Shown here: positions 39,493-49,812 of the stretch, one piece after another
Layout of the letters: each line of letters starts with the position of its first letter
Numbering within the stretch: the first letter of the stretch is position 1
From: Kofleriaceae bacterium
GTDB lineage: Bacteria > Myxococcota_A > Polyangia > Haliangiales > Haliangiaceae
DNA: 64,000 bases
Reading direction: 5' to 3'
NCBI GenBank assembly: GCA_046597055.1
Contig: JBKJLC010000244.1
Coordinates: 1-64,000 of the forward strand
Program-made: the position numbers and the translations under genes
The notes under the pieces: model-generated
Told to the model about the DNA's origin: nothing
Seen by the model: the letters and a program-made list of their open reading frames with translations, nothing else
Databases searched by the model: none

Positions 39493-39720
39493 CCCAAGTC
39501 CCGATAGCCACCCGCCCCCGCACCGCTAGAGTACGACCCAATGCCGCAGTGGCTCCTGACCGTCGTACTGGGTCTCGTCTCCGTCTCCATCCATCCCGGA
39601 CCCGATGACGATCGTGTCCCATGGCCCCGCGGGGGCGTCCTTGCTCCACGGTCGATCGCGCATCGGGCACTTCTACACGCGGCGACGCCGGGCTGTCACG
39701 TGCGCGCGGTAAGGTGAACC

Positions 39721-40620
39721 ATGTTCCGCGCCGCCGCGGTCGCGCTCGCGCTGACCGCCTGCTCTCCGGCTCGCACGATCGATGGTGCACGCAGCGCGGC
39801 CGTCTTCGATCGCATCGCGCTCGACACCGCCGGCGTGCACGGCCTGTCCGGGCTCGCGGTCGACGGCGACGGCGCCCTGTGGACGGTCGCCGAGCGCGGC
39901 GAGGTCGCGTTCCGGGTCGAGCTCGAGGGCCAGACGGTGCGCTCGATCACCCGGTTCCCGGTCGAGGGCGTGCCCGGCGGCGAGGACCTCGAGTCGGTGG
40001 CGTGGTCCGACGGGACGTTCTGGATCGGCACCGAGGGCCAGGACCACGGACGCGTCCATGCGTACCAGCTCGAGCTCGATCGCGCGCGCGGGGTCCTGCG
40101 GGTGACGGCACCCTACGAGATCACGTCGGACGATGCCGGGCTCCGGATCGCCGCCAATCACGGCGCCGAGGGCGTGTGTGTCGCCGGCGATCTGCTCGGG
40201 ATCGCGATCGAGGAGACCGCGACCGACCGCCACGGCCGCTGGGCCCCGGTCGTCACGATCGATCGCCGCACCGGCGCGCGCGTGGTCCACCGCCTGCGCC
40301 TCACGAGCAAGACCGGCAAGCTGTCGGCGCTCGACTGCTGGCGCGACGGCGCTCGGGTGCGCGCGATCGCGATCGAACGCCACTTCGGAGTGACCCGCAT
40401 CCTGGGCTTCGACCTCGGGCCGGTCGCGGGCGAGGTGACCCCGGAGGTCATGCTCGACCTCGGTCCTATTTTGCGCGGCGCGCTCAACCTCGAGGGCGTC
40501 GTGCGCCTGGCCGACGGCCGGGTGGTCGCGGTGGTCGACAACCAGTACGGTCGGATCACCGGGCCCGACGAGCTGCTAATGTTCAAGCCGGAGCGTCTGG
40601 CGCTGCCGCCGGCGCGCTGA
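39721..40620 (+). CDS. Beta-propeller lipoprotein (phytase-like/SdiA-regulated type)
   Basis: Lipobox LTAC; HGLSGLA...LWTVAER, DLESVAW, GAEGV and NLEGV...VVDN. Confidence 0.75.
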   Translation: MFRAAAVALALTACSPARTIDGARSAAVFDRIALDTAGVHGLSGLAVDGDGALWTVAERGEVAFRVELEGQTVRSITRFPVEGVPGGEDLESVAWSDGTFWIGTEGQDHGRVHAYQLELDRARGVLRVTAPYEITSDDAGLRIAANHGAEGVCVAGDLLGIAIEETATDRHGRWAPVVTIDRRTGARVVHRLRLTSKTGKLSALDCWRDGARVRAIAIERHFGVTRILGFDLGPVAGEVTPEVMLDLGPILRGALNLEGVVRLADGRVVAVVDNQYGRITGPDELLMFKPERLALPPAR

Positions 40621-41194
40621 CCCGCTGCCGGGCCTCGAGCATCATCTTGCAGAAGATCTCGCCCTGCTCGATCGCGTCCTCGACCGCGACGTGGCTGTGG
40701 CGCGACGGCGTCATCCACCGCGCCGGCATCACCCGCTTGGTGGTGTCGCGGAAGGGCGTGCCGAGCAGCGTCATCGCCATGGTCTTCATGTCGAGCGCGG
40801 CGTGCGAGAACGGGCTGCTGCCGGTGAACCGCACCAGGTACCAGTAGACGAACGTGAAGTCGAAGCCGGCCGGATAAGCGACGAACACGGGGCGGCCGGG
40901 CAGGGTGATGAGCCACGCCGCGAAGTCGCGCATCACGTCGACCGGCGGCCGGGGATCCTGGCGACACGCCGCCCACGCTGCCGGCTGGCTGGTCCACCAC
41001 GCCATGGTGTCGGGGGCGCCGCGGGCGTCGGGCAGGGTCTCGAGGTTGGCCGAGAAGGTCCCGACCGCCTCGACCCGCGGCCCGCTCCAGTCGATCACGA
41101 ACGCCGCGGCCCCGAGCGACAGCATCGAGTGCGGGCCGGGGATCGGGCCATCGGCCTCGACATCGACCGAGACGTAACATTCACGACGCGCCAT
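40583..41194 (-). CDS. DEDDh 3'-5' exonuclease (Rv2179c/RNase AS-like)
   Basis: VDVEADGP (ExoI), GFDFTF (ExoII) and HVAVEDA (ExoIII). Confidence 0.88.
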   Translation of the reverse strand: MARRECYVSVDVEADGPIPGPHSMLSLGAAAFVIDWSGPRVEAVGTFSANLETLPDARGAPDTMAWWTSQPAAWAACRQDPRPPVDVMRDFAAWLITLPGRPVFVAYPAGFDFTFVYWYLVRFTGSSPFSHAALDMKTMAMTLLGTPFRDTTKRVMPARWMTPSRHSHVAVEDAIEQGEIFCKMMLEARQRVSAPAAAPDAPA

Positions 41195-41320
41195 CGCGCC
41201 ACGGTAGCCGACGGCGGGCACGGCGTCCGTGATCGGGTCGCGTGGGTCGGCCGCGGCCGCCGAAAACGACGACGCGCGCCGCCGGTTGCCCGGGGCGCGC
41301 GCCTTCGACCCGCGCGTCGG

Positions 41321-42247
41321 CTACTTGCCGAAGCGATAGGTCGTGAAGTACTGGTCCATGCGCGTGTCCTGGCCCGCGCTGAAGCGGTCCATGCACGCGT
41401 CGTCGGTGTAGTCCATGAAGTTGGTGATCGGGTCGACGCCGGCGATGGACGGGCAGCTGTCGCGGCCGACCGGGCAGCCGAACGCCGAGCTCTTCTCGGC
41501 CGGGGTGTCGCTCACGCCGTCGCCGCGGGTCGCCTGCCGGGCGCAGCCGCCCTGGAAGGTGTGATAGAGGCCCATCCAGTGACCGACCTCGTGGGTGCCG
41601 GTGTCGCCGAGGTTGTAGGGCGCCGCGGTGCCGCCGGGCAGCGACGAGTACAGCACGACCACGCCGTCGTCATCCGGGTTCGACTGGTAGCTCGACGGGA
41701 AGGTCGCCCAGCCAAGCAGCCCGCCACCCGGGTTGGACGAGTAGAAGTTGAGATCGTCGGCCGTGCCTTGCCGGAGCGCGGTCTTCATCTGACGCTCGGC
41801 GGTCGAGCCGGGCCCGGCCGTGTACCAGGACGAGTTGGTGGTGCGATCGGTCGCGACCAGGTTGAATGACCACCCGGTTTCCGAATATGCGCTGTTGAGG
41901 ACCGAGATCTGACTGCCGATCATCTGGTCGGAGATGTTGCCAGCCGAGGCCGACGTTCCGTTGTTGATGACGTGGAAGTAGACGTTGATCACGCCGCCGG
42001 TGGCGTTGGCGATCGTGTCGTTCTTGTGGAGGGCGAGATAATGCTCGACGTCCTCCTGGATGGCGTCGGCCGTCACCTCGTCGAGGTCTTCGACCCCGCA
42101 CCGCCGTTCGGCGACGTCGTTGGCGCCGGGCGCCTGCTCATCCGCACTCTCGGAGCCATCCTCGATCGCTTCGTCGGTACAAGCCGTGAAGCTGAGAGCG
42201 GCGCCAAGCGCCAGAAGTAGACACCCACGTGAAGTCGAGCGGCGCAT
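41321..42247 (-). CDS. M43 (ulilysin/pappalysin-like) zinc metalloprotease lipoprotein
   Basis: Lipobox FTAC; prodomain RRCG; HEVGHWMGLYH; Met-turn NFMDY. Confidence 0.95.
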   Translation of the reverse strand: MRRSTSRGCLLLALGAALSFTACTDEAIEDGSESADEQAPGANDVAERRCGVEDLDEVTADAIQEDVEHYLALHKNDTIANATGGVINVYFHVINNGTSASAGNISDQMIGSQISVLNSAYSETGWSFNLVATDRTTNSSWYTAGPGSTAERQMKTALRQGTADDLNFYSSNPGGGLLGWATFPSSYQSNPDDDGVVVLYSSLPGGTAAPYNLGDTGTHEVGHWMGLYHTFQGGCARQATRGDGVSDTPAEKSSAFGCPVGRDSCPSIAGVDPITNFMDYTDDACMDRFSAGQDTRMDQYFTTYRFGK

Positions 42248-42667
42248 GGAAAATCCTCCCAGACGAACGTTGTGTTCCCTCGTACATGGTCCTTAGCAGG
42301 AGGCGTTCCACCTCGTTTCGTCGCCGCCGGGACCGGCGCGCGGAGCTGCCCCGCGTTTGCCCAGAGGTACATACGCCGTCGTACTGGCGGTCACTGCGAG
42401 CCTCGCTGTGTCAACCTGTCCTACTCCAGGTGTCGGTATGGACGCATTTTGCCCCGTTGTTTCGCGTCGTTACGAAACCCACGCGCGCCCGCATGAACCG
42501 ACGTTGTGCGATCTGTCGGTCAGTGAGGGCAGTGTCGGGCGCTCGGGGTGGGACGTCGCGTCAGCGAACCCGAGCGAACGTGCGAACGCGCGACACCTGG
42601 GACAGGGCGCCTCAGGCTGGGAGTCGCCAGCCCAGCCGGGGTGCGAGGGGATGCTACAAGAGCCACC

Positions 42668-44023
42668 ATGCGTCCTCCGGTCGTGATCGCCGCCGTCGCC
42701 CTGCTCGGCGCGGCTCCTGCTACGGCGCGGGCCGAGACGCGGCTCACGCTCGACCAGCTGGTGGTGCGCGCCCAGGGCAGCGAGCGGGCCCGGATGGCCG
42801 CCGCCGACCGCGATGGCGCCCGGGCCCGGGTCGACGAGGCCGATGCGGCGCGCTTCCCGCGGGGGAGCCTCACCGGTTTCGTCGCGCCGTCGCCCGAGAT
42901 CAACTGCGTCAACGACGACTGCACGCGCACCGATCCCACCGAGTTTGCGCTGCGCTTCGCCGGCGTGTTCACCGGCGCGCAGGTGTCGGTCACCCAGCCG
43001 CTCTACACCTTCGGCAAGATCGGCGCGGCCCGGCAGGCCGCGCGGTTCGGGCTCGCCGCGCAGGACGCGCTCGCCGACGCGACCGCCGCCGATCTCGCGG
43101 TCGACGCCGCGCGCGCGTACTGGGGGCTCAAGCTCGCGCGCGAGCTGCGCTGGATGCTCGAGGACGGCGAGGCGCAGATCGCCGGCGCCGCCACCCGGCT
43201 CGACGAGCGCCTGACTGACGGTGACGCCGACGTCTCGATCCAGGACCGCCAGCGGGTCGAGGTGCTGCTGGCCGAGGCCCGGGTCCAGCTGGCCGAGGCC
43301 CGCCAGGGCGAGGCCCAGGCGCTGGCCGCGGTGCGCGCGCTGGTCGGCGGCGCCGCGGTCGACATCGACGAGGAGCCGCTGGCCGCGGTGACCGTGAAGG
43401 TGCCCGCCGAGGCCGACGCGGTGGCGAAGGCGCAGGCCGGTCGACCCGAGGTCAAGGCGGCGCGGGCCGGCGCCAGCGCGTACCGCAAGCTCGCCGACTT
43501 CGAGACCCGCCAGCACCTCCCGGACCTCGCGCTGATCGGCGCGGTCGGCTTCACCCACGCGGGCGGGGTCGACGAGCCGCCGAGCGCGTTCGCCTACGAC
43601 CCCTACAATGGTGTCACCGGCGCGGCTGCGATCGCGCTGCGCTGGCAGCTCGAGCCGTGGACGGTCGCGGCCCGGGTCGCGCGGGCGCGCGCGGTCGAGC
43701 GTCGCGCCGACGCGCTCGCCGAGCTCGCGGTGACCGGCGCCGCCTACGAGGCGCGCGCCGCGATCGCCGAGGCGACCGGCGCCGAGCAGCGGCTGACGGC
43801 GGCGACCACCGGCGAGCAGGCCGCGCGCAGCTGGCTCGCCGCCGTGCTGCAGGGCGAGGCGATCGGCACGACCGAGGCCAAGGATCTCGCCGATGCGTAC
43901 ATCGCCTGGTTCCAGATGCGCGCCCGGGTGGTGACCGCGATCTATCAGTGGAACGTCGCCGCGATGCGGGTCCGCCGCGCCGCCGGTGAATTCTCGGCTG
44001 TGCTACGGCGTCCGAGGAGCTAG
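42668..44023 (+). CDS. TolC family outer membrane protein
   Basis: Signal peptide; LTLDQLVVRA, VTQPLYTFGKI, ARAYW and GRPEVKAA; 451 aa. Confidence 0.88.
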   Translation: MRPPVVIAAVALLGAAPATARAETRLTLDQLVVRAQGSERARMAAADRDGARARVDEADAARFPRGSLTGFVAPSPEINCVNDDCTRTDPTEFALRFAGVFTGAQVSVTQPLYTFGKIGAARQAARFGLAAQDALADATAADLAVDAARAYWGLKLARELRWMLEDGEAQIAGAATRLDERLTDGDADVSIQDRQRVEVLLAEARVQLAEARQGEAQALAAVRALVGGAAVDIDEEPLAAVTVKVPAEADAVAKAQAGRPEVKAARAGASAYRKLADFETRQHLPDLALIGAVGFTHAGGVDEPPSAFAYDPYNGVTGAAAIALRWQLEPWTVAARVARARAVERRADALAELAVTGAAYEARAAIAEATGAEQRLTAATTGEQAARSWLAAVLQGEAIGTTEAKDLADAYIAWFQMRARVVTAIYQWNVAAMRVRRAAGEFSAVLRRPRS

Positions 44024-44029
44024 GTTCCC

Positions 44030-44686
44030 ATGCCCATGAATTCTTTCGGTCCGTCGTCGCCGCGCCGCCTGATCCAGGTGGCGTTCCTGTTCCTGGTCAC
44101 GCTCCTCGCCGCGCCGGCGCTGGCCGCCGATGGCCCCGGCACCAAGGTGGTCCGCGGCGCCAACGAGACCATCGCCGCCCAGCTCAAGACCAAGGCCGCG
44201 CCCGGCAGCCCCGCCGAGAAAAAGGCGGCGGCCAAGGTGACCGAGAGCGTCCGAGGCTTCCTCGACATCGACGAGCTGGCCCGCCGCGCCCTGGTCGATC
44301 ACTGGGCGAAGCTCACCGCGGCCCAGAAGAAGGAGTTCCTCGACCTGCTGCGCGCGCTGATCGAGGACAACTACATCAAGGGCCTCCGCGCCAACCTCGA
44401 CTACAAGGTCGCGTACGTGAGCGAGGCCCCCGGCCCCAAGAAGGCCGGCGAGCCCGAGACCACGCTGGTGAAGACCACGATCACGGCCAAGAAGAAGGGC
44501 CGGCCAGTCACGATCGCGGTCGACTACCTGCTGGCGACCCAGGCCGGCAAGCTGCGTGCGTTCGACGTCCGCACCGACAACGTCAGCCTGATCGACAACT
44601 ACCGCACGCAGTTCAACAAGATCATCGCCAAGAATGGCTTCGACGGTCTCATCGCCAAGATGAAGAAGAAGCGCGCCGCGAAGTAG
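44030..44686 (+). CDS. mlaC: MlaC/Ttg2D family periplasmic lipid-binding protein
   Basis: Signal peptide; LDIDELARRALVDHW...QKKEF and FDVRTDNVSLIDNYRTQFNKII..NGFDGLI. Confidence 0.88.
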   Translation: MPMNSFGPSSPRRLIQVAFLFLVTLLAAPALAADGPGTKVVRGANETIAAQLKTKAAPGSPAEKKAAAKVTESVRGFLDIDELARRALVDHWAKLTAAQKKEFLDLLRALIEDNYIKGLRANLDYKVAYVSEAPGPKKAGEPETTLVKTTITAKKKGRPVTIAVDYLLATQAGKLRAFDVRTDNVSLIDNYRTQFNKIIAKNGFDGLIAKMKKKRAAK

Positions 44687-44731
44687 CGCCCGGGCGATTG
44701 CCGCGCCGGCGGGCGCGGCTACCATCGCTCG

Positions 44732-46471
44732 ATGCGCTCCCCCGCCGACGCCACGCTCGACGCTGCCCGCAACTGGCTCGCCGAAGACTCCGACCCCGAG
44801 ACCCGTGCCGAGCTGGCCGGGCTGCTCGCGCAGGCCGCCACCGACGAGGGCGCCGCCGCGGCCCAGGCCGAGCTGGCCGAGCGCTTCGGCGGTCGGCTCG
44901 AGTTCGGCACCGCCGGCATCCGCGGCGTGCTGGGCGCCGGCCCGATGCGCATGAACCGGGTGCTGGTCCGGCGGGTGACCGCCGGCCTGGCCACGTACCT
45001 GCTCGCGCAGGTCGCCGATGCGCGCACGCGCGGCGTCGTGATCGGGCGCGATGCCCGCCGCAACTCGCGGGTGTTCGCCGAGGACACCGCGGCGGTGCTG
45101 ATCGCGGCCGGCTTCCGGGTGTTCTTCGCGGACGAGCCGTGGCCGACCCCGGTGACCGCGTGGGCGGTGACCGCGCGCGGCGCCTGCGCCGGCGTGATGG
45201 TGACCGCCAGCCACAACCCGCCCGCGTACAACGGCTACAAGGTGTACTGGGGCAACGGCGCGCAGATCATCCCGCCGCACGACGTCGGCATCGCCGCCGC
45301 GATCGACGCGATCGACGGCCGGATCGAGCTCGCCGAGCTGGCGGCCGCGCGCGCCGATGGCCGGCTGGTCTCGCTGGGCGACGTCACCGAGGAGGCTTAC
45401 GTCGCCAAGGTGCTCGAGCTGCAGGTCGCGCCCGAGGTGCCGCGCGGGCTGCGGGTGGTCTACACGCCGCTCCACGGCGTCGGCGCCAAGCTGGTGGAGA
45501 CCGTGCTGGGGCGAGCTGGCTTCGGCCACGTCGTCACCGAGATCTCGCAGCGCGAGCCCGACGCCGCGTTCCCGACCGTCGCGTTCCCCAACCCGGAGGA
45601 GAAGGGCGCGATGGATCGGGTGCTCGCGCTGGCCACCGCCGAGCGCGCCGACCTGGTGCTGGCCAACGATCCCGACGCCGACCGGCTCGCGGTCGCGATC
45701 CCCGACGGGGTCGGCTATCGCATGCTCACCGGCGATCAGGTCGGCGTCCTGCTCGCCGACTTCCTGCTCGCCCACGCCGGCGCCGGCACGCGGCTGGTCG
45801 CGTGCAGCCTGGTGTCGTCGCAGATGTTGAAGTACGTCGCGGCCGCGTACGGCGCCGAGCACCGCGAGACCCTGACCGGGTTCAAGTGGATCGCGAACGT
45901 CGCGCTGGCGTGGCGGCAGGAGACCGGCGGCCGGTTCGTGATGGGCTACGAGGAGGCGCTCGGCTACACGGTCGGCGAGCTGGTCGGCGACAAGGACGGC
46001 GTGTCGGCCGCGATGGCGTTCGCCGAGCTGGCGGCCTGGAACCACGCGCGGGGCCGGACCGTGGCCGAGCACCTCGACGATCTGTACCGGCGGGTCGGCC
46101 TGTTCGTGACCGAGCAGGTGTCGCTGACCGCGCCCGGCGTGCAGGGGCTGGCCACGATCGCCCGGGCGATGGCGGTGTTCCGCGAGACCGCACCGACCAG
46201 CTTGGCCGGGGTCGCGGTCGAGCGGCTCGAGGATCTGGCGCAGGGCGAGGGCGGGCTGCCGCCGTCCGACGTCCTGATCTTCCGGCTGGCCGGTGGCAAG
46301 CGCGTGATCATGCGGCCGTCGGGGACCGAGCCGAAGCTGAAGAGCTACTACGAGGTGCGGGTGGAGGTCGGCGCCGGTGAGGCGATGGCCGATGCCCGCG
46401 CGCGCGGCCTGTCCGAGCTGGCGAGGCTGCGCGACGCCCACCAGGCGATGGTGACGGCCGCGACCGCCTGA
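44732..46471 (+). CDS. Phosphoglucomutase/phosphomannomutase family protein
   Basis: FGTAGIRG, TASHNP, DPDADR, GYEEALG and RPSGTEPKLK. Confidence 0.96.
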   Translation: MRSPADATLDAARNWLAEDSDPETRAELAGLLAQAATDEGAAAAQAELAERFGGRLEFGTAGIRGVLGAGPMRMNRVLVRRVTAGLATYLLAQVADARTRGVVIGRDARRNSRVFAEDTAAVLIAAGFRVFFADEPWPTPVTAWAVTARGACAGVMVTASHNPPAYNGYKVYWGNGAQIIPPHDVGIAAAIDAIDGRIELAELAAARADGRLVSLGDVTEEAYVAKVLELQVAPEVPRGLRVVYTPLHGVGAKLVETVLGRAGFGHVVTEISQREPDAAFPTVAFPNPEEKGAMDRVLALATAERADLVLANDPDADRLAVAIPDGVGYRMLTGDQVGVLLADFLLAHAGAGTRLVACSLVSSQMLKYVAAAYGAEHRETLTGFKWIANVALAWRQETGGRFVMGYEEALGYTVGELVGDKDGVSAAMAFAELAAWNHARGRTVAEHLDDLYRRVGLFVTEQVSLTAPGVQGLATIARAMAVFRETAPTSLAGVAVERLEDLAQGEGGLPPSDVLIFRLAGGKRVIMRPSGTEPKLKSYYEVRVEVGAGEAMADARARGLSELARLRDAHQAMVTAATA

Positions 46472-46500
46472 CCGCGATCAGCCCGCGTCGCGACCCGGGC

Positions 46501-47097
46501 TCACGGGCCGATGCGGAACAGCTCGACCAGGATCCGCATCGTGAGGCCCCAGACCAGGTAGTCGTCGTAGCGCCAGCACGGGAACGTCAGCGCGGGCGTG
46601 CCGGGATACTCGAACGAGCCGTCCAGCTCGCCGGCGAGGACCGGCCCGACCGGGAGCCAGAAGGACGCGGTCGCCTCCGGGCCCGGGATCACCAGCGGCC
46701 GCGCGTCGGCCATGAACACGTAGGGCGTGACCTCCATCCCGCGCGGCCCGGCGTTGTTGGGATGGAGCGGCGCCTGGCGGCCGAGGTAGCGGGCGACCGC
46801 GAGATCGACCGCGAGCTCCTCGGCGGTCTCGCGCACGGCGGTCCCCAGCAGGTCGGGGTCGGTCGCCTCGTGACGGCCGCCCGGCAGCGACACGTGCCCC
46901 GACCAGGGATCACCGACCCGGACCGCGCGCTTCATCAGGAGCACGCACGGGCCCGCCCGGTCGTCCTCGTGCAGCAGCACGGCCACCGCGGCGCGCCGGC
47001 GTCCGTCGGCCGGCGGCGGCACGCCGGGACCAGGCAGCAGGCGGCCGACCATGGCGTCGAGGGTGCCGGTCCTCAGCTGCATCGAAGCATCGCGCAT
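46501..47097 (-). CDS. Nudix hydrolase, CoA pyrophosphatase type
   Basis: RAAVAVLL, DPWSGHVSLPGG...TAVRETAEEL and VWGLT; start uncertain. Confidence 0.9.
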   Translation of the reverse strand: MRDASMQLRTGTLDAMVGRLLPGPGVPPPADGRRRAAVAVLLHEDDRAGPCVLLMKRAVRVGDPWSGHVSLPGGRHEATDPDLLGTAVRETAEELAVDLAVARYLGRQAPLHPNNAGPRGMEVTPYVFMADARPLVIPGPEATASFWLPVGPVLAGELDGSFEYPGTPALTFPCWRYDDYLVWGLTMRILVELFRIGP

Positions 47098-47191
47098 CGG
47101 CACCAGTGTAGCGCCCCTGGTGCGGGTGAGCGATCCTCGACCGCGCCGGGGGCGTACCATCGCCGCCCCCAAGTTCCTGGAGGATCGATCG

Positions 47192-48721
47192 ATGAGCCTG
47201 AACCTCGCCACGTTGCTCCGCGAGAGCACCCGCAAGCACCCGGCCAAGCCGGCCATCTACATCAACGACGTCGTGCTGCCCTACCAGATGGTGGACGGGT
47301 TCGCGCAGCGCTTCGCCGGTGCCCTGCGCGGGCTCGGCCTCAAGCCGGGCCAGCACGTCGCGCTGATGCTGCCCAACGTGCCGCAGTTCACCATCGCGTA
47401 CTTCGGCTGCCACTACGCGGCGTGCCCGGTGGTGCCGCTCAACGTGCTGCTCACCGGCGAGGAGCTGTCCTACCACCTCGACGATTCCGAGGCGGTCGCG
47501 GTGGTCGTGTGGGAGGGCTTCTACGACGCCGCCCGCGCCGGCTTCGACCGGGTCGCCAGCTGCAAGCACCTCATCGTCGTCAAGCAAGACCGCGCCGACG
47601 TGACCGCGCCGGCCGGTGCGCTCAACTTCACCGCGCTCATGATGGCGGCGCAGCCGGTCACCGAGATCCCGGCGACCAGCCCCGATGACACCGCGGTCAT
47701 CCTCTACACGTCGGGCACCACCGGCAAGGCCAAGGGCGCCGAGCTCAGCCACTTCAACCTGTTCTTCAACGCGCAGTGGCTGACCCAGCAGCCGATGCCG
47801 ACCCCGGCCAGCGAGCAGATCGCGCTGGTGGTGCTGCCGCTGTTCCACAGCTTCGGCCAGAGCGTCCTGCAGAACGCGTCGATCTGCGCCGGCGGCTCGC
47901 TGGTGCTGATGCCGCGGTTCGAGCCGGTGGGTGCGGCCCAGCTGATCGCGAAGCACAAGGTCACGACCTTCGCCGGCGTGCCCACCATGTACTTCGCGCT
48001 GCTCAACCACCCCGAGGTCACGCCGGGGCTGTTCGCCACCGTCGATCAGTGCCTGTCGGGCGGCTCGGCGATGCCGGTGGAGGTGATGAACGCCTTCGAC
48101 CAGAAGTTCGGCACCGACATCCTCGAGGGCTATGGCCTGTCGGAGACCTCGCCGGTCGCGTCGTTCAACCCGCGCGGCAAGAAGAAGGTCGGCTCGATCG
48201 GCATCCCGATCTGGGGCGTCGAGCTCCGCCTGGTCGACCACGCCGACCAGCCGGTGACCAAGGTCGGCGAGGCCGGCGAGATCTGCATCAAGGGCCACAA
48301 CGTCATGAAGGGCTACTACCGGAAGCCCGAGGCCACCGCCGAGTCGATCGTCGACGGCTGGTTCCACTCGGGCGACATCGGGACCATCGACGCCGACGGT
48401 TACTACTTCATCGTGGACCGCAAGAAGGACATGTTGATCCGCGGCGGCTTCAACGTGTACCCGCGCGAGATCGAGGAGGTGCTGTACGGGCACCCGGCGG
48501 TCGCCGAGGTCGCGGTGATCGGCGTCGCGCACCCGAGCCACGGCGAGGAGGTGAAGGCGGTGATCGCGCTCAAGGCCGGCTCGGCGGTGACCGCCGAGGA
48601 GGTCATCGCGTACTGCAAGGAGCGCCTGGCCGCGTACAAGTACCCGCGGATCGTGGAGTTCCGCGACGCGTTGCCCAAGGGCCCGACCGGCAAGATCCTC
48701 AAGCGCGAGCTGCGCGGGTAG
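47192..48721 (+). CDS. Long-chain fatty acid-CoA ligase
   Basis: GGAGG RBS; YTSGTTGKAKG, EGYGLSET, WFHSGDIG, DRKKD and LPKGPTGKI. Confidence 0.95.
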   Translation: MSLNLATLLRESTRKHPAKPAIYINDVVLPYQMVDGFAQRFAGALRGLGLKPGQHVALMLPNVPQFTIAYFGCHYAACPVVPLNVLLTGEELSYHLDDSEAVAVVVWEGFYDAARAGFDRVASCKHLIVVKQDRADVTAPAGALNFTALMMAAQPVTEIPATSPDDTAVILYTSGTTGKAKGAELSHFNLFFNAQWLTQQPMPTPASEQIALVVLPLFHSFGQSVLQNASICAGGSLVLMPRFEPVGAAQLIAKHKVTTFAGVPTMYFALLNHPEVTPGLFATVDQCLSGGSAMPVEVMNAFDQKFGTDILEGYGLSETSPVASFNPRGKKKVGSIGIPIWGVELRLVDHADQPVTKVGEAGEICIKGHNVMKGYYRKPEATAESIVDGWFHSGDIGTIDADGYYFIVDRKKDMLIRGGFNVYPREIEEVLYGHPAVAEVAVIGVAHPSHGEEVKAVIALKAGSAVTAEEVIAYCKERLAAYKYPRIVEFRDALPKGPTGKILKRELRG

Positions 48722-48732
48722 GACCGGCGGCG

Positions 48733-49638
48733 TCACATCGGCGTCATCGAGTCTTCCATCGCGGTCTCGAGGAAGCGCAGGTCCTCGCCGAGACTGTCGA
48801 TCTGCTCGACCAGCGAGTCGCGGGTGGTCGCGAGGTGCTCGAGGTCGACCGTGCATAGCTTGATGGTGGTGGCCGCGACCGACGCCAGGGTGGCGGCGAC
48901 CAGCTCGAGGCGCGCCTTCACGCGCTCGAACAGCCGCTGTAGCTGGCCGTAGGTCTCGAGCTCGCGGCGGCGCGCGGCGCCGGCCTGGCGGTAGGCCGCG
49001 GCCGCCTCGCGATCGGAGGTGACGCTGGCCCGCATCTCCAGCCGGCGCGCCTCGGCATCGAGGCGTGACGGATCGTGATCGTCGAGGTACCGCTGCAGCG
49101 GGTTGCCCAGGAGCGCCGTCCGGCCAGCGACCTGCACGGACTCACCGCACCGCTGGTAGACGTCGCACAGGCCCGGGTGGACGCGGCCGTTGCCGTCGAG
49201 GGTCGACCGGATCTCGTCGTGGACCTTCAGGATGGCGAGATAGGTCGCGCGCAGGTCGGCGGGGCCGATCTGATCGGCGTCGACCTCGGGCTCGAGCGGC
49301 AGGCCGAACTGACCGTGCACGCGCTCGGCGTAGGTCTCGCTGAACGTGTAGAGCGTGACCACCAGCAGGTAGTGAAAGGCGCCGATGATCAGGATCCATG
49401 GCGCCATCGCCGGCGCACCAGCCAGCACCAGCGCGAACGCGATCACGCTCGCCGTACCGATGCCGCGTAGCGACCGTGGTCGGCACGCTGCCGACGCGGT
49501 CCGGCGGACCGCGCGGACCCAGCCTGCGGTCGGGCTGGCTGGCATCGCGGACGGCCCGGCTGGCTCGATCGCGACACGCGCCTCCGCGGCCAAGCGCGGA
49601 GACGTCCTGAGCTCGGCGGATTCGACGGACTCCGGCAT
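48733..49638 (-). CDS. Hypothetical membrane-anchored coiled-coil protein
   Basis: GGAGAAGAGG RBS; two hydrophobic segments followed by a long helical region. Confidence 0.75.
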   Translation of the reverse strand: MPESVESAELRTSPRLAAEARVAIEPAGPSAMPASPTAGWVRAVRRTASAACRPRSLRGIGTASVIAFALVLAGAPAMAPWILIIGAFHYLLVVTLYTFSETYAERVHGQFGLPLEPEVDADQIGPADLRATYLAILKVHDEIRSTLDGNGRVHPGLCDVYQRCGESVQVAGRTALLGNPLQRYLDDHDPSRLDAEARRLEMRASVTSDREAAAAYRQAGAARRRELETYGQLQRLFERVKARLELVAATLASVAATTIKLCTVDLEHLATTRDSLVEQIDSLGEDLRFLETAMEDSMTPM

Positions 49639-49662
49639 GAGGCACCTCTTCTCCGTCGAGAG

Positions 49663-49678
49663 AGCAAGCCTCGTACCG
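49663..49678 (-). promoter_or_regulatory. sigma54 -24/-12 promoter for the coiled-coil membrane protein
   Basis: Minus strand CGGTACGAGGCTTGCT has GG-N10-GC spacing with a TTGCT -12 element, about 25 bp before the ATG. Confidence 0.6.
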
Positions 49679-49812
49679 CCGATGCGCGCGCGTCATGTTC
49701 GAGCCCGCGCGCGCAGCGTGGCGCGGCGATGGGCGCGGTCGAGCCGCCGCGACCTGCGTCATGAGCGCGGGCGCGCGGTGTGCGGCTGGGCGCGGCGCAG
49801 TGACGAATGTCG

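Noticed and set aside
39541..39717. 58-aa ORF MPQWLLTVVLGLVSVSIHPG...
   Set aside because: No RBS, atypical codon usage and no recognisable motif; may be a remnant but is unsupported.
42248..42667. Lower-GC 420-bp spacer examined for a riboswitch or sRNA
   Set aside because: No recognisable riboswitch consensus or terminator; most simply a divergent promoter region.
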